Source of the DNA: Savitreella phatthalungensis
Taxonomy: Eukaryota
Reading direction: 5' to 3'
Assembly (NCBI GenBank): GCA_051599415.1
Contig: AP039707.1
Span: forward strand, 62,001-126,000
Length of the DNA: 64,000 bases
Numbering within the stretch: the first letter of the stretch is position 1; each line of letters starts with the position of its first letter. The notes under the pieces are model-generated. The model saw only the letters and a program-made list of their open reading frames with translations, did no database searches and had not been told where the DNA came from. Both the position numbers and the translations under genes were made by a program. Below are positions 1-11,214 of this stretch, piece after piece.

Positions 1-1367
1 AGCGCCTGAATCTTGGCGATCGCCATGTTCTGGATGATCTGCCTGTACGGGCCAGAGAGCTCGTCCTGCCAGTGGAAGGCGATGATGATGAGGGCAACAA
101 TGGCGTCGATCGTCGTCTCTTCCGGCACGGTTGCGAGGATCTCGCGCTTCGCCTCGTCGTACAGCTGTCTGGCGGTGAGCGGGTCGAGCATCGAGTCTGG
201 TCGCTGCGCACTGTATCCGGCGCCGCAAGCCATGATCGTCAACAGCAAGTATCGCGGTAGTGGAGAGGGCATGCAGCATCGGTAACGGAGGAAGACAAGA
301 TCCTTGTCGATGATGGGCATCTGCGGGTGCGTCAAATCCATGTACTCCCGCAGCAGATGGAGTTCCATCTCCGGGGACAAGCCGCTCGAAGGTCGGACGA
401 GCCAGTCGCTTTGCTGGACGGCGCTGCCACGTGACTTTTGTGTTCCTCGGCCGGGGCTCTCGTGATGCATCGGGTGTGCAGAGATGGTCTCGAGGAATTC
501 GCTGCCATCTGCCTGCGAGTCGACGACACTGGGAGGCGCATGTCCATTCATGACGGAGCGGTCGCTGTCGATTTGCTGCTGCAACCCGATGCTGCCATTC
601 GGCGTTGTCGTCGTCGATGGGATGCTCCAGGTGGGCTGCTGCTGCTGCTGTCCCTGGTGCTGCTGCATCACGTGGCCGGTTCCCTGAAGTGATGGCGCCT
701 GATCGAGTCTGGGATCGTCAATCGCAATCATCGGATCGAAATCGTCGAGTTGTCCAAAGTCCTGAAGCATCTCGACGTGTGAAAACCCGTTGAAGCCTGT
801 GGTGTCCATAGAATTCGGGTCCATGCCGAAAGCGTCCTGTGGGTGCATGGGCATGCCATGAATCTGTTGATGTTGTTGCTGTTGCTGGTGGTGATGATGA
901 AGCTGCTGCTGTTGCTGTTGAGCAAGGTTGTTGCCATGCACCGCGTGAACGGGGTACGGCCTCTGTGCTTCATTCGCAACGGTCGATAGTCTGCGAGCCT
1001 GAGCCTCATTACGCTTCGCGTTGCGAATCGTGTTTTTCTGGCTGACGTAACTGAACGTGCACTTGCAATCGTTTTCCTGACATCTTGAGCACTTGTCGCG
1101 GCCCAATGCCTTCTGCTCCCTAGCGTCACACTTCTTCTTGCGCTCTCGACAGAAATCGCACGAGGACCATTGCTTTCGTGCTGTGCGAACTGCGCCGCCG
1201 CTGCTGAGTGATTGCTGCTGTGGGGATGATAGATGCTGTTGTTGCTGCTGCTGTTGGTGCTGTTGTTGTGGCTGCTGCTGTTGTTGGTGCTGGTGCTGTT
1301 GGTGCTGATGATGAAGCTGGTGCTGGTGCTGGTGCTGCGCTTGGGTCGTTTGCGTCTGCTGATCCAT
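1..1367 (-). CDS. Zn(II)2Cys6 fungal transcription factor (3' end runs off the window)
   Basis: Manual minus-strand translation from ATG at 1367: Q/H-rich N-terminus, then CDFCRERKKKCDAREQKALGRDKCSRCQENDCKCTF (six-Cys cluster). The same frame near the window edge gives a fungal-TF middle-homology-like segment, LLREYMDLTHPQMPIIDKDLV...YLLLTIMACGA. Absent from the ORF track because no stop falls inside the window. Confidence 0.9.
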   Translation of the reverse strand, partial: MDQQTQTTQAQHQHQHQLHHQHQQHQHQQQQQPQQQHQQQQQQQHLSSPQQQSLSSGGAVRTARKQWSSCDFCRERKKKCDAREQKALGRDKCSRCQENDCKCTFSYVSQKNTIRNAKRNEAQARRLSTVANEAQRPYPVHAVHGNNLAQQQQQQLHHHHQQQQQHQQIHGMPMHPQDAFGMDPNSMDTTGFNGFSHVEMLQDFGQLDDFDPMIAIDDPRLDQAPSLQGTGHVMQQHQGQQQQQPTWSIPSTTTTPNGSIGLQQQIDSDRSVMNGHAPPSVVDSQADGSEFLETISAHPMHHESPGRGTQKSRGSAVQQSDWLVRPSSGLSPEMELHLLREYMDLTHPQMPIIDKDLVFLRYRCCMPSPLPRYLLLTIMACGAGYSAQRPDSMLDPLTARQLYDEAKREILATVPEETTIDAIVALIIIAFHWQDELSGPYRQIIQNMAIAKIQA

Positions 1368-4300
1368 GGCGCGCTTCGACTCTTTCAGTCCTTTGGAGTG
1401 AGCTTGTGTTTAATCCTTGTACTCTGTCCGTTGAAGCGTCACTCTAGACTGCGGACGAGACGCGTGTCTTTGACAATGTATTTGCTGTTGTGCGGCACTG
1501 CGTGTCACAACTCCTGCCACGAGTGATAGGCTTTCCAGAACTGTTTCTTGTCCAGCCCGACGAAACGAATCGTTGCAGCGACAAAGCACCCTCTGCGCCG
1601 ACGTAGCCTGAACTGCCGCTCGTGCGAGAATCACCAGTCGGGTGTATGAAGCGTCGACCGTCAGCAATTGGCAATTCAGGGATATCAATGCTAGTGATCA
1701 CCGCCCGAAATGTTGCGTTTGGTGTGTGACAGGGCTTGCGCAGTGCAATAGGATAGCTCGTCGAAGGACAGCTCGGGGCCTGAATGTGTTGGTGATTGAC
1801 GGCAGAGCGATACCTGTGTGGGAGGAGGGTGTAAGGGCGAGCTAGCGATGGATTGCGATTGAGAGAGTGACTCTGTGACCTGTCCTGTTCTTGCTTCAGG
1901 TCGCCTGTCGCGCTTTTCCCCGGGGAAAGGCAGTGAGGACAGTGAAGGCAGTGAAAGCAGGCAGGCGAGTCGAAGGGAAAAAGCGAGAGCCTGTATAAGA
2001 GCAGGTAGGCTGGTCAAGGTTAGGAAGAGCAGGCCAGGCGAGAGCAGGCGAACGTATATTGAATGGCAGTGAACGGTGTGAAGGGAGCGAATGGTAGCGA
2101 ATGGCAGCGAATGGTAGTTAGGGTGAGGATAGCTGTTGGAGATGAGCAGCTCAGGCGAATTAGAAAAGGCAAGGAAGCTGGAGTCTGAGCATTGACGACT
2201 GAGCATTGAGCAGGAAAGAGGAAGAAGGGATGTGGGGGAGACATACAAATCTTGCCTCGCTGTGACAGGTTAGATTGCCAGGCTGCTAGGCTTCCAGATT
2301 GATGATTAGGCGCAATTTTCGATCATCCACGCATGTATGTGCATGGATGTTAGTTTCCTAACCGGTCTCAGACTCACGAGTTCCTGCCCGCGCCTTTGTT
2401 GCCGCTCTTTTTTGGCTGTGCTGCTTCGCTGCCAATCCTCGCGGGTTCAGGTTGCGTGACGAGAGTCCTGGTTGGTCATGGCTCCCACTTTGGCCTTTGG
2501 GGGGCGTGTAGAATCACTATTTGCTTGGACCCTTTCTGGTTGATCTACTGGTGGTGCGAGTAGCTGACGTGTTCATGCTGAATGGGGCTGCCACTGCCGA
2601 TTCTGATTCGGCTTCAACAGTTCAGTATCACTGCAGTAAGGCTGATTCAGGCTGTTTGTGACAACTCGACATTCGGAATCTGACCAGGAGTGATTACCTG
2701 CTCAGGTCGTCGAAAGGCCCGTTTTGAGGCACATGTAGTGCTGCTGCTGGAGCTGGAGCTGGTGCTGCTCCTTCTGCTCCTGCTACTCCTTCAATTGCCC
2801 AGAGTCCAGCCTGTAGCCGAAGCCAAACACATTGGAAAAGCGAGTAAAGGATGAGCAGCAGACTGTGTGGAGGATGATGACTGGTACAGGTCTGATTCGT
2901 TCAATGTGTTAAGTCGTTCTGCCGTCGGTGAGATATCATCCTCGCTAGAATTCAGAATCCCGAATTGGGCTGAATTCAGCCATCAGGACTCGCAAGTTAG
3001 TATCGTAATCAATACTGGGAGCTGGGAGCTTGACAAGTAAACCTATTCGGTGGAATACCCTGCCGAACTTGCTCTCCAAGTCACCCATTTCCTCTATCCC
3101 ACAATAGAGAAGCCGAAGTGCGATCTTCCCAGTACCTCCGAAGCCACCGAACACCCGAAGCCTGATCGAACATATTGTCAGAGCATCCGAGTGACTGTTG
3201 TCAGAGGATTTCTTCCCTTCTGGAATAGAACGAGTGAATGAGGCTTTCTGACTGGACGCAGGTATGCATTTGTTGGCCAGTGACACGGGGGTTGTTGACC
3301 AATTACACAGGTCGTTTACTCGGCATCTGGAGAATAAGAATCCGTGGTAGACGGGAGCATAATCCCTCAGAATTTGAACTGAATTCAGCAGGAGCTTTCA
3401 AGGATAGAGCTGTTGTCAAACCGTGACTCTGAGAGGCATCAGAAACGAGTTACCAGGAGGTGATCAGTCACCCTTCGTACATCATCCACAGGTAATCTTT
3501 CCTGAGTATCGCATTCTAGAGGTCGACAGGTCGACACGCATCAGTTGGTGATTTTGCAGGATGCTCAGATCTTTGCTTAGCTGGATCCGTAGAGGGCACC
3601 CGACAGTGATAGCTAGACAGACTTTGATTTCCGACAAAGGTGAGTGAAATTGTCTAGTGGAGCTAGAAGCTTGATACATCGTTGCTGCTTGGCTGTATGT
3701 CGTCTGACCTAGCTATTGACTCGGGCTCTCGCAGTCTGGATCAAGTCGATCGACAGTATTCTTCAACATCCTATGGCTTTGACCAGGAACATTGACTCGG
3801 GACGGCCAGCAGTCGAGCTTCCATCACCAGGAATTCGGGACATGAATCGTGGACGTTGAGTGATCTGCAGCTGCAGCCAGGACAATGAATGGGATCATTT
3901 GACTCTGGACCTCCGATGAACTGGATATATGCAATATTCGCCGGACTTATTTTCTACTTTTGTTTTTTCTGGGAAAAGATGTGCAGGGAAGAGGAAAAGA
4001 GTGATATCCCGTGCAGCAAGTCAATCGACAATCCTGCTTCCGAGACTCGATTTAGTAGAGGCGTGTGGATCGGATAGGTCGGCACAGCCTCGGAGTCAAG
4101 CGTCAGACTCTATCGAAGGATGGCGTAGAGCGTCACGTCGAAGGAAAGTCAAGAACCCAGTACACGAAATCAATGTCAAGATTGTCGGTGTGATTGGGGA
4201 CCCAAAGTTGCAGAAGTGAATCGAAAGTAGCTTCGATGCTAGGTGAGCCAGGGATGGAAAGGTAGTTACAGCTCATGGACTGCAGTATATCGGTGTACAG

Positions 4301-4571
4301 TATATCGACTGGGTTGACTGACGAAAGTTGAAGATCACGTGTTATAAATCGGTCAGTCTAATGCATGTGTCAATGAGCTTGATTCGATCTTTATGAGAAG
4401 TTAGACAGTTGTTGATGCGGTGTATCAATCAATTGGTATGAGGATGTCGTTGGTGGACCTATGGTCTCGGTGGCGGATCAGGCGTCTGCGTGCATTGGTG
4501 GAGGAGAGTTTCAATTGTCTGGAGAAATATATATATCCAGCTTGACTCAGGTATAAGATTATCATCATCAC

Positions 4572-4618
4572 TCTGCGTTTCATTCTGCGTTTCATCCTAC
4601 GTTTCATCCTGCGTTTCA
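4572..4618. repeat. 12-bp minisatellite, about 4 copies (TYCTRCGTTTCA)
   Basis: tctgcgtttca ttctgcgtttca tcctacgtttca tcctgcgtttca seen directly. Confidence 0.8.
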
Positions 4619-4701
4619 AGAATTCATAGACTTTGATTGAACTTTTCGTGACTGATCAAAGAGAGTTTCCTGAATATTATATCTCTCTATTGAATTGATT
4701 G

Positions 4702-4841
<140 letters not shown>

Positions 4842-5373
4842 CGACTTTACCTGTTCGTCTTTCCTCCACAACCTCCCACACTCAACTTTCTAAGCTGGAG
4901 GGAGAGACAAAGAGAGAGAGAGAAAAGAGAACAAATTTGATCAAATATGACGGTGTGGGTGGCGCGGCCCGATATTTTATTCAACTTCAGTACAGACTGA
5001 CTGGACTCACTCAACTGACTGCACTGATCCAGGGATCATCACCAGGTCAGCGTAACTGACTAGAGCGACAACACAAGAGGGGCACATCTACAACCTTTGA
5101 AGGGTATACTATTGTGTAGATTGTAGTACATCATCCCACTCTACACCACAGACAGTCATACGTTCATCCACAGTACAGATCTGAGGATATCAATTTCCTC
5201 CTGTTCTCTAGCAAAAGTCACGAGCAACAGGAATCTATTAAGTCAAATTCACGCTCAAGCCTATCGCTTGCAGCACTAGCAACAGCAACAGCAACAGCAC
5301 GAGTCATCGCACGAGCAGTAGCAGCAGCAGTAGCAGCATCAACAGCAGCAACACTAACAGCAACTGTAAAATC

Positions 5374-7380
5374 ATGGCGTTCAAGATCACAAAGGACGAT
5401 CCCTATCTTGCACCTTACGAACAAGCTATCGCAGCAAGGCATAAGCTATGCTCATCCTGGATAGCACAGATTGAGAAAAACGAGGGAAGTCTGGACAATT
5501 TCTCAAAGGGATACGAACGATTTGGATTCAACATTGTCGGTGACAAGCTCATCTACCGGGAGTGGGCTCCAAACGCTTTCAAGGCATCCCTCATCGGTGA
5601 ATTCAACAACTGGGACAGAGATGCACACCCAATGCAGAGAGACCCTTATGGCGTCTTCTCCATCGAACTACCAAAGCACATAATCCCACATGGCTCAAAG
5701 GTCAAGGTGAGCTTCATCGCAGACGGTGCAGGCAGAATTGATCGTTTGCCAGCATGGATCACCTATGTGACACAGGACCTCAGCGTCTCCCCGGCATACG
5801 ACGCGGTCTACTGGAACCCGCCACAACCCTATAAATTCAAGAATGCCAGACCACCAAAGCCTTCCAGCGCGCGCATCTACGAGGCACATGTCGGCATTTC
5901 CTCCCCAGAACCACGTGTGGCTACCTACCGAGAGTTCACAAACAATACCCTGCCGCGCATTCACAAGCTCGGTTACAACGTCATCCAGCTGATGGCAATC
6001 ATGGAACACGCGTACTACGCAAGTTTCGGATATCAGATCAATTCCTTCTTTGCCTGTTCGTCTCGATATGGTGTACCTGAAGATCTGATGGAGCTCATCG
6101 ACACTGCACACGGCCTCGGCATCACAGTCCTGCTCGACGTTGTCCATTCGCACGCTTCTAAGAACGTCCTGGACGGCTTGAACGAATTCGATGGCAGCGA
6201 TAGCTGCTACTTCCACGCCGGTGGCAAGGGCAGACACGACCTTTGGGACTCCCGTCTCTTTAACTACGGCAGCTACGAGGTCCAGCGCTTCCTACTCAGC
6301 AACCTCCGATTCTGGATCGAACGGTACGGCTTTGACGGCTTCCGCTTCGATGGTGTCACATCCATGATGTATCTACACCACGGCATCGGCACAGGCTTCA
6401 GCGGCGACTATGGAGAATACTTCGGCTCGGACGTGGACGTCGAAGCGGTCGCCTACCTCATGATGGCCAATGAGCTCGTACACAAGGTCCTGCCTGACGC
6501 CATAACCATTGCCGAGGACGTCAGTGGCATGCCGGGAACGTGCGTACCTGTGCCCGATGGCGGTCTCGGCTTTGACTACCGCCTCGCGATGGCCATCCCG
6601 GACATGTACATCAAGCTGCTGAAGGAGAAGCGTGACGAGGACTGGGACCTAGGCAACATCGTCTTTACCCTGACAAACCGGCGGCACGGAGAACCGACAA
6701 TCGCCTATGCGGAGTCTCACGACCAGTGCCTTGTCGGTGACAAGACCCTCGCCTTCTGGCTCATGGACGCCGAGATGTATACCAACATGTCGAAGCTGTC
6801 TGCCTACACACCGGTCATCGACCGCGGTATGGCATTCCACAAGATGCTCCGCCTCCTCACCCACGCACTTGGTGGAGAAGGATATCTCAACTTCGAGGGC
6901 AATGAGTTCGGACACCCGGAATGGCTTGACTTCCCACGCGAGGGCAATGGCAACTCCTTCCTCCACGCACGCCGTCAATTCAACCTGCCTGACGACGGCT
7001 TGCTCAGGTACGGACAGCTGGAGGCCTTTGATGGAGCCATGCAACACCTAGAGGCCAAATACGGCTGGCTTCACTCGCCGCAGGCGTATGTGTCACTCAA
7101 ACACGAAAGTGACCGTGTAATTGCATTCGAGCGGGCTGGTCTGCTCTTCCTCTTCAATCTCCACCCGACCAACTCCTACACAGATTACAGGTTTGGCGTC
7201 GATGTGCCGGGCAAGTACAAGGTCGTGCTCGACTCTGATCGCGAGGAGTTCGGCGGCCACAACCGCGTCTCACCCGACGGCGAGTACTTCACTGAGCCTC
7301 TCGAGTGGAATGGACGAAGGAATTTCCTCCAGGCCTACCTGCCTACCCGAACAGCCCTTGTCCTTGCCAAAGTCGAGTAG
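5374..7380 (+). CDS. GLC3: 1,4-alpha-glucan (glycogen) branching enzyme, GH13
   Basis: 668 aa intronless ORF with [47 protein letters not shown] motifs. Confidence 0.97.
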   Translation: MAFKITKDDPYLAPYEQAIAARHKLCSSWIAQIEKNEGSLDNFSKGYERFGFNIVGDKLIYREWAPNAFKASLIGEFNNWDRDAHPMQRDPYGVFSIELPKHIIPHGSKVKVSFIADGAGRIDRLPAWITYVTQDLSVSPAYDAVYWNPPQPYKFKNARPPKPSSARIYEAHVGISSPEPRVATYREFTNNTLPRIHKLGYNVIQLMAIMEHAYYASFGYQINSFFACSSRYGVPEDLMELIDTAHGLGITVLLDVVHSHASKNVLDGLNEFDGSDSCYFHAGGKGRHDLWDSRLFNYGSYEVQRFLLSNLRFWIERYGFDGFRFDGVTSMMYLHHGIGTGFSGDYGEYFGSDVDVEAVAYLMMANELVHKVLPDAITIAEDVSGMPGTCVPVPDGGLGFDYRLAMAIPDMYIKLLKEKRDEDWDLGNIVFTLTNRRHGEPTIAYAESHDQCLVGDKTLAFWLMDAEMYTNMSKLSAYTPVIDRGMAFHKMLRLLTHALGGEGYLNFEGNEFGHPEWLDFPREGNGNSFLHARRQFNLPDDGLLRYGQLEAFDGAMQHLEAKYGWLHSPQAYVSLKHESDRVIAFERAGLLFLFNLHPTNSYTDYRFGVDVPGKYKVVLDSDREEFGGHNRVSPDGEYFTEPLEWNGRRNFLQAYLPTRTALVLAKVE

Positions 7381-7532
7381 ACATTGGCCAGCTACACGAA
7401 CAATCGCAGCGTCCTTGAACGACGAGAAAATTATAGTATATGCATGCTAATAGACCCCTGCGCGTCCCACTGGTTTGCCTTGGCCTTGTCGTGTGCTCAA
7501 ACTGACCATGATCTCGGCGCTGCTTGATTCAT

Positions 7533-10412
7533 CTATCGTGTCGAGTGCAGGGCGAGTGCTGCCCTACGGAGCGTCTGCCGCAGGCCCTGACCTCGCTCGC
7601 TGTGCTGTTCGAGCCAGTCCTCCATCATGCTCCTGCACTCTGCGAGCCTCGGTGCGGGTCCACCATTCAACAGGACGTCAAACAACTCGCCCCAGAAGCC
7701 GGCCCAGTACCGTCTAAACCCGGCCTTCAACACCTCCCTCTCGACCCCGCTAGCCGTCACGACCCAGACAGTCTCGATAAACCTGCCAAAGAGGAGTGTG
7801 TGTGCGACATTGGCGATCCCATGGTAATCGATCTCGAACGTCCACGGCTCGCCATTCCTGATCTGCGAGCAGTCGCCATTGTCTGGTTTCCAGTCGGCCA
7901 TGAAAGAAGCGTCTCCTGGGAACGCCCTTAGATCGACGCCCCTCCCAAAGTCGCACAGGCAGACACCTCTGCCACGCCAACCGTCCCCACCGTCGCGTCT
8001 GTACCTGCCTGTAACTGGGATATCCGGGAGCCTGAGCAGGATATTGTCAGCCTTGATATCGCCATGCAGGATACCTTTTGCGTGTAAGTTCTCGACTGTC
8101 CTGAGAAGCTCAGAAACGAGGAACACAGCCAAGGTCTCATCGACGCCTTCGATCGAGCCCGTCGTGCTCGTCAGGTCACTCCCAGCCGCGTGCCACACAT
8201 TCACAAGGTCGAGCACAGTCCCACAGCCGTGCATCTCCATCGCCAGCACCACCGCGTCCTCAAACACCTCCACACGGTGGACCTTGACCACGGACGCTGC
8301 TGCTCGAGCGGCCGCGGGCGTGCCCGCAGCGAGCCTTCGGGCGGCCCTGTTGAGGATGTGAGACTCCCACAGATCCGGCGGCCTGAGTACCTTGAGTGCG
8401 AGCGGGTGCGGCACGTTGGTGACAGTGGCCTGGTACACGGGCGCGAACGCACCCTCGCCAACCTTCCCACGAACACCGTACACCACACCACCCCCGACAT
8501 CCACACTCCCACCCTCGCTCAGCGCCCCACCAAGCACTTGCCCCTCGTGTCTGTACACCTCACCGCCCACATCCGCACCGGCAAGAATGGCAGACCGGAT
8601 GGCCTGGTCTGTCGGGGTGCAGAGCTTGTGTGGGATGGTTGGTGTGCGCCTCAGGAACGGTTGGTGTGGTCGGAGTGCGAGTGTCGGTGGTTTGTGGGTG
8701 TGTGGTGGGGGTGGAACGTCTTCGATGAATGGTGAGCTGAACGGTTCGGTCGGGGAGTCATCCTCGTCCACCTCCCCACACACGGCTAGCTGCTTAGACG
8801 GCGTCGTCTGTCCACCACGCAGCGCCGTACCGTGCTCACCGGTATCCTCAGTGATCGGCGTCATCAAATTCAACGCGTCCCGTCGCTCATCACGCACACC
8901 CCCTCCCACACCACGCTCGTCCTCCTCCTCATCGACTTCGTCACATCCGCCTGCACCGTCCTCCACAACCCCAATATCCTCATCATCGTCGCTCTCGGAG
9001 CTGTCCGTCTCAACCTCAGACGCGACAGTGTCGGCAACTGCGGAGGATGAGACTTCTTGTGTAAGCGCGTACGTCGAGTCGTAGTCGGCCTCGCTGTCGT
9101 CATCGTCGTCGTCGGATTCGCCTGAGGACTGCTCGCACTTGAGCGGTTGTGAGAAGAGGTCTAGGATGTCGTTCATTGCATTCTTGGTGTTGATGGTCGG
9201 GCTCGCTGGGACGATGCTTCGCTTGCGTGGTCTCATCATCGGGCTGTCTTTCAAGGGCGATGCGTAGTCTGTGAGTGGTGCGGTCTCTCCTGCCGGGCCC
9301 TCCTCCTCGTCCTCCCCGATCGACACATCCACCACCCCACGCACAGGCTCATCTGCTTCCGCAGGCCAGCTCAAATTCAGCCGCCGAGCCTTCAGCTCCT
9401 CGAACGAGAACTCCTCACCCCCAGCATACACGGCCTCTAGGTCGCACGCAACGCGCTCACGCCGACCGCCTGTCGCCCCACGCGCCCCGGTGTCCTGGAA
9501 GATCTGAAGCTTCGGCGCGGTCGTCGACGGCGCCGTTGGCTGCGACATCTTCTCACCAGCCATCGTCCTCACACTCACAGTATTCTCCTTCCTTCTACCG
9601 CGCAAACTCCCAATCGAAGCCCATCCACCACTCGTCGTACCCCCACTCTCACTAGCCTCACCTTGGTCCACAAACACCTGCATCTTCGGCTTCCCCACCA
9701 CACCGATCGACATCGTCGGCGGAGCGACTGTCGTTGTGGCAGGCGTGATAGCGCCTCCGGCGCCGCTGAATTTGGTTGTCAAGGCTGCCCTGACAGGTGC
9801 GATTGGTGGGGATGAGGGCTCGTCATGTGCCGGTGGGTTTTGTGCTAGCCTGAGTGAGAACTCGTTGTACTTTCGCCTTAGCCTGGTTGTTGGTCTGGCG
9901 CCTGCTGCGAGACCCATCTGGTAGATCTCGTCTGCCTGACCCTTCCTGCCACGGGACTCCAGCCACGCCGCGTACTCCTCGTAGAACAGCGCGAGCCCTG
10001 CGCCGACCCGGTTGCGAGCGAGGAAGCAGAAGAGCTCACGAGCATCGTCGCTGTACCGCGCATACTCGATCCACACCTTCAGATACCGCGGGTCGTCCCT
10101 GTAGTGCGCGTGCGTCAGAAACGCCGACGCACAGCGCTCAAGCACCTCAACGTACCCGGACGTCGCACTCGATCCACTGGGGAATTGCTCGTGCGTCCAG
10201 GCGATATACCGCAGCCAGACTTCCAGTGGGTCATCGCTCTCAAGTGATTCAGAAACTTCCTTCTCAAATCGAGCCTGCTCAATCTCTCGGTCTGTACGGT
10301 CCACAGCAAACGCCTTCACAAGCGCACCCGCTCGGCGACCTCCGCGCACAGGCTCGATGTTCTCCTTCTGAGCCTCGAGCGCGTCCATCTCCACTGGCCC
10401 TCCCATCGTCAT
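7533..10412 (-). CDS. BUB1: Spindle checkpoint kinase, Mad3/Bub1 (MadBub) type
   Basis: N-terminal KEN box (QKENIEP), TPR (DDPLEVW...YRDDPRYLKVW), second KEN, GLEBS (EEFSFEELKARR), CD1-like SPTINTK, kinase motifs GEGAFAPVY, HGDIKADN, DFGRG. Confidence 0.95.
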   Translation of the reverse strand: MTMGGPVEMDALEAQKENIEPVRGGRRAGALVKAFAVDRTDREIEQARFEKEVSESLESDDPLEVWLRYIAWTHEQFPSGSSATSGYVEVLERCASAFLTHAHYRDDPRYLKVWIEYARYSDDARELFCFLARNRVGAGLALFYEEYAAWLESRGRKGQADEIYQMGLAAGARPTTRLRRKYNEFSLRLAQNPPAHDEPSSPPIAPVRAALTTKFSGAGGAITPATTTVAPPTMSIGVVGKPKMQVFVDQGEASESGGTTSGGWASIGSLRGRRKENTVSVRTMAGEKMSQPTAPSTTAPKLQIFQDTGARGATGGRRERVACDLEAVYAGGEEFSFEELKARRLNLSWPAEADEPVRGVVDVSIGEDEEEGPAGETAPLTDYASPLKDSPMMRPRKRSIVPASPTINTKNAMNDILDLFSQPLKCEQSSGESDDDDDDSEADYDSTYALTQEVSSSAVADTVASEVETDSSESDDDEDIGVVEDGAGGCDEVDEEEDERGVGGGVRDERRDALNLMTPITEDTGEHGTALRGGQTTPSKQLAVCGEVDEDDSPTEPFSSPFIEDVPPPPHTHKPPTLALRPHQPFLRRTPTIPHKLCTPTDQAIRSAILAGADVGGEVYRHEGQVLGGALSEGGSVDVGGGVVYGVRGKVGEGAFAPVYQATVTNVPHPLALKVLRPPDLWESHILNRAARRLAAGTPAAARAAASVVKVHRVEVFEDAVVLAMEMHGCGTVLDLVNVWHAAGSDLTSTTGSIEGVDETLAVFLVSELLRTVENLHAKGILHGDIKADNILLRLPDIPVTGRYRRDGGDGWRGRGVCLCDFGRGVDLRAFPGDASFMADWKPDNGDCSQIRNGEPWTFEIDYHGIANVAHTLLFGRFIETVWVVTASGVEREVLKAGFRRYWAGFWGELFDVLLNGGPAPRLAECRSMMEDWLEQHSERGQGLRQTLRRAALALHSTR

Positions 10413-10556
10413 GATGTGGCTCTTTTGTGATGCAAAGTGCTGGCAGAGAGGATCACACTTGACTGATCTTGAGTATGAAGAGATGAAGAGTGTGCTTGTA
10501 CGATGATGGCTGGAGGTGGTGCGATTGATGCAATCTATCTTTTTGTGAGGGTACGT

Positions 10557-10598
10557 GTAAACAAATCGACCAGAGTCACGTGACTGGAGTAAACAAAT
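10557..10598. promoter_or_regulatory. Two forkhead-type sites (GTAAACAAAT) flanking a palindromic E-box (GTCACGTGAC) upstream of BUB1
   Basis: GTAAACAAAT at 10557 and 10589; GTCACGTGAC at 10575-10584; about 150-190 bp upstream of the BUB1 ATG. Confidence 0.6.
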
Positions 10599-11214
10599 CT
10601 GCAGTACACGTGATCATTAGACTTACATCAAGAATAACACGTGTCCACAGCCTAATTCTTGTCTGATGCATGTGAGACATTCACCCGGATGCACAGTTAA
10701 TCAGCACGTGCAGTGTATGCACCTTCACGTTGGCGGAGGTGATGCCTTCTGGCAAGCAGTCGACATGAAGAGCTCTGTCTTCATCTGCCAATGTCTACAT
10801 CGATTCATGCAGGAGTCCTGGTCATATCACTGGCCTGTTTGACTCACTATGTCATTCGCCGGCGCAATTGTCAAACCCCTACAGAATGATCAAACGACTT
10901 GCGTGACGAGGCGGCACCGAAAGATGAAAGCACGCTTGTCGCTCTATGTTCCTTGTACGAAAGAATATGGTCTCACCCTGCGGCTCCCTTGCTCTTTCGA
11001 GAGTCGGTCTGCGAAAGTCCTCTTTCAGAGTTTGCTGGCTGACTATCCCTCCACCTAACACATGTGCATAATCTACGTCATGCCTCGTCGGCAATTTCAA
11101 CCGAATTTTGAAAAGAGAACAGATAGAGAGAGACATAACAGCCGCGGTCAAGGTCGTAAAAGGAGCCCCGATACCCCTTGAAAGAGGCTCTCGTTCGTGG
11201 CTGGGCTCGAGATC

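Noticed and set aside
2945..3286. 113-aa minus ORF containing RVFGGFGGTGKIAL, resembling a Rossmann loop
   Set aside because: Non-ATG start, short, and no other dehydrogenase motifs; likely chance.
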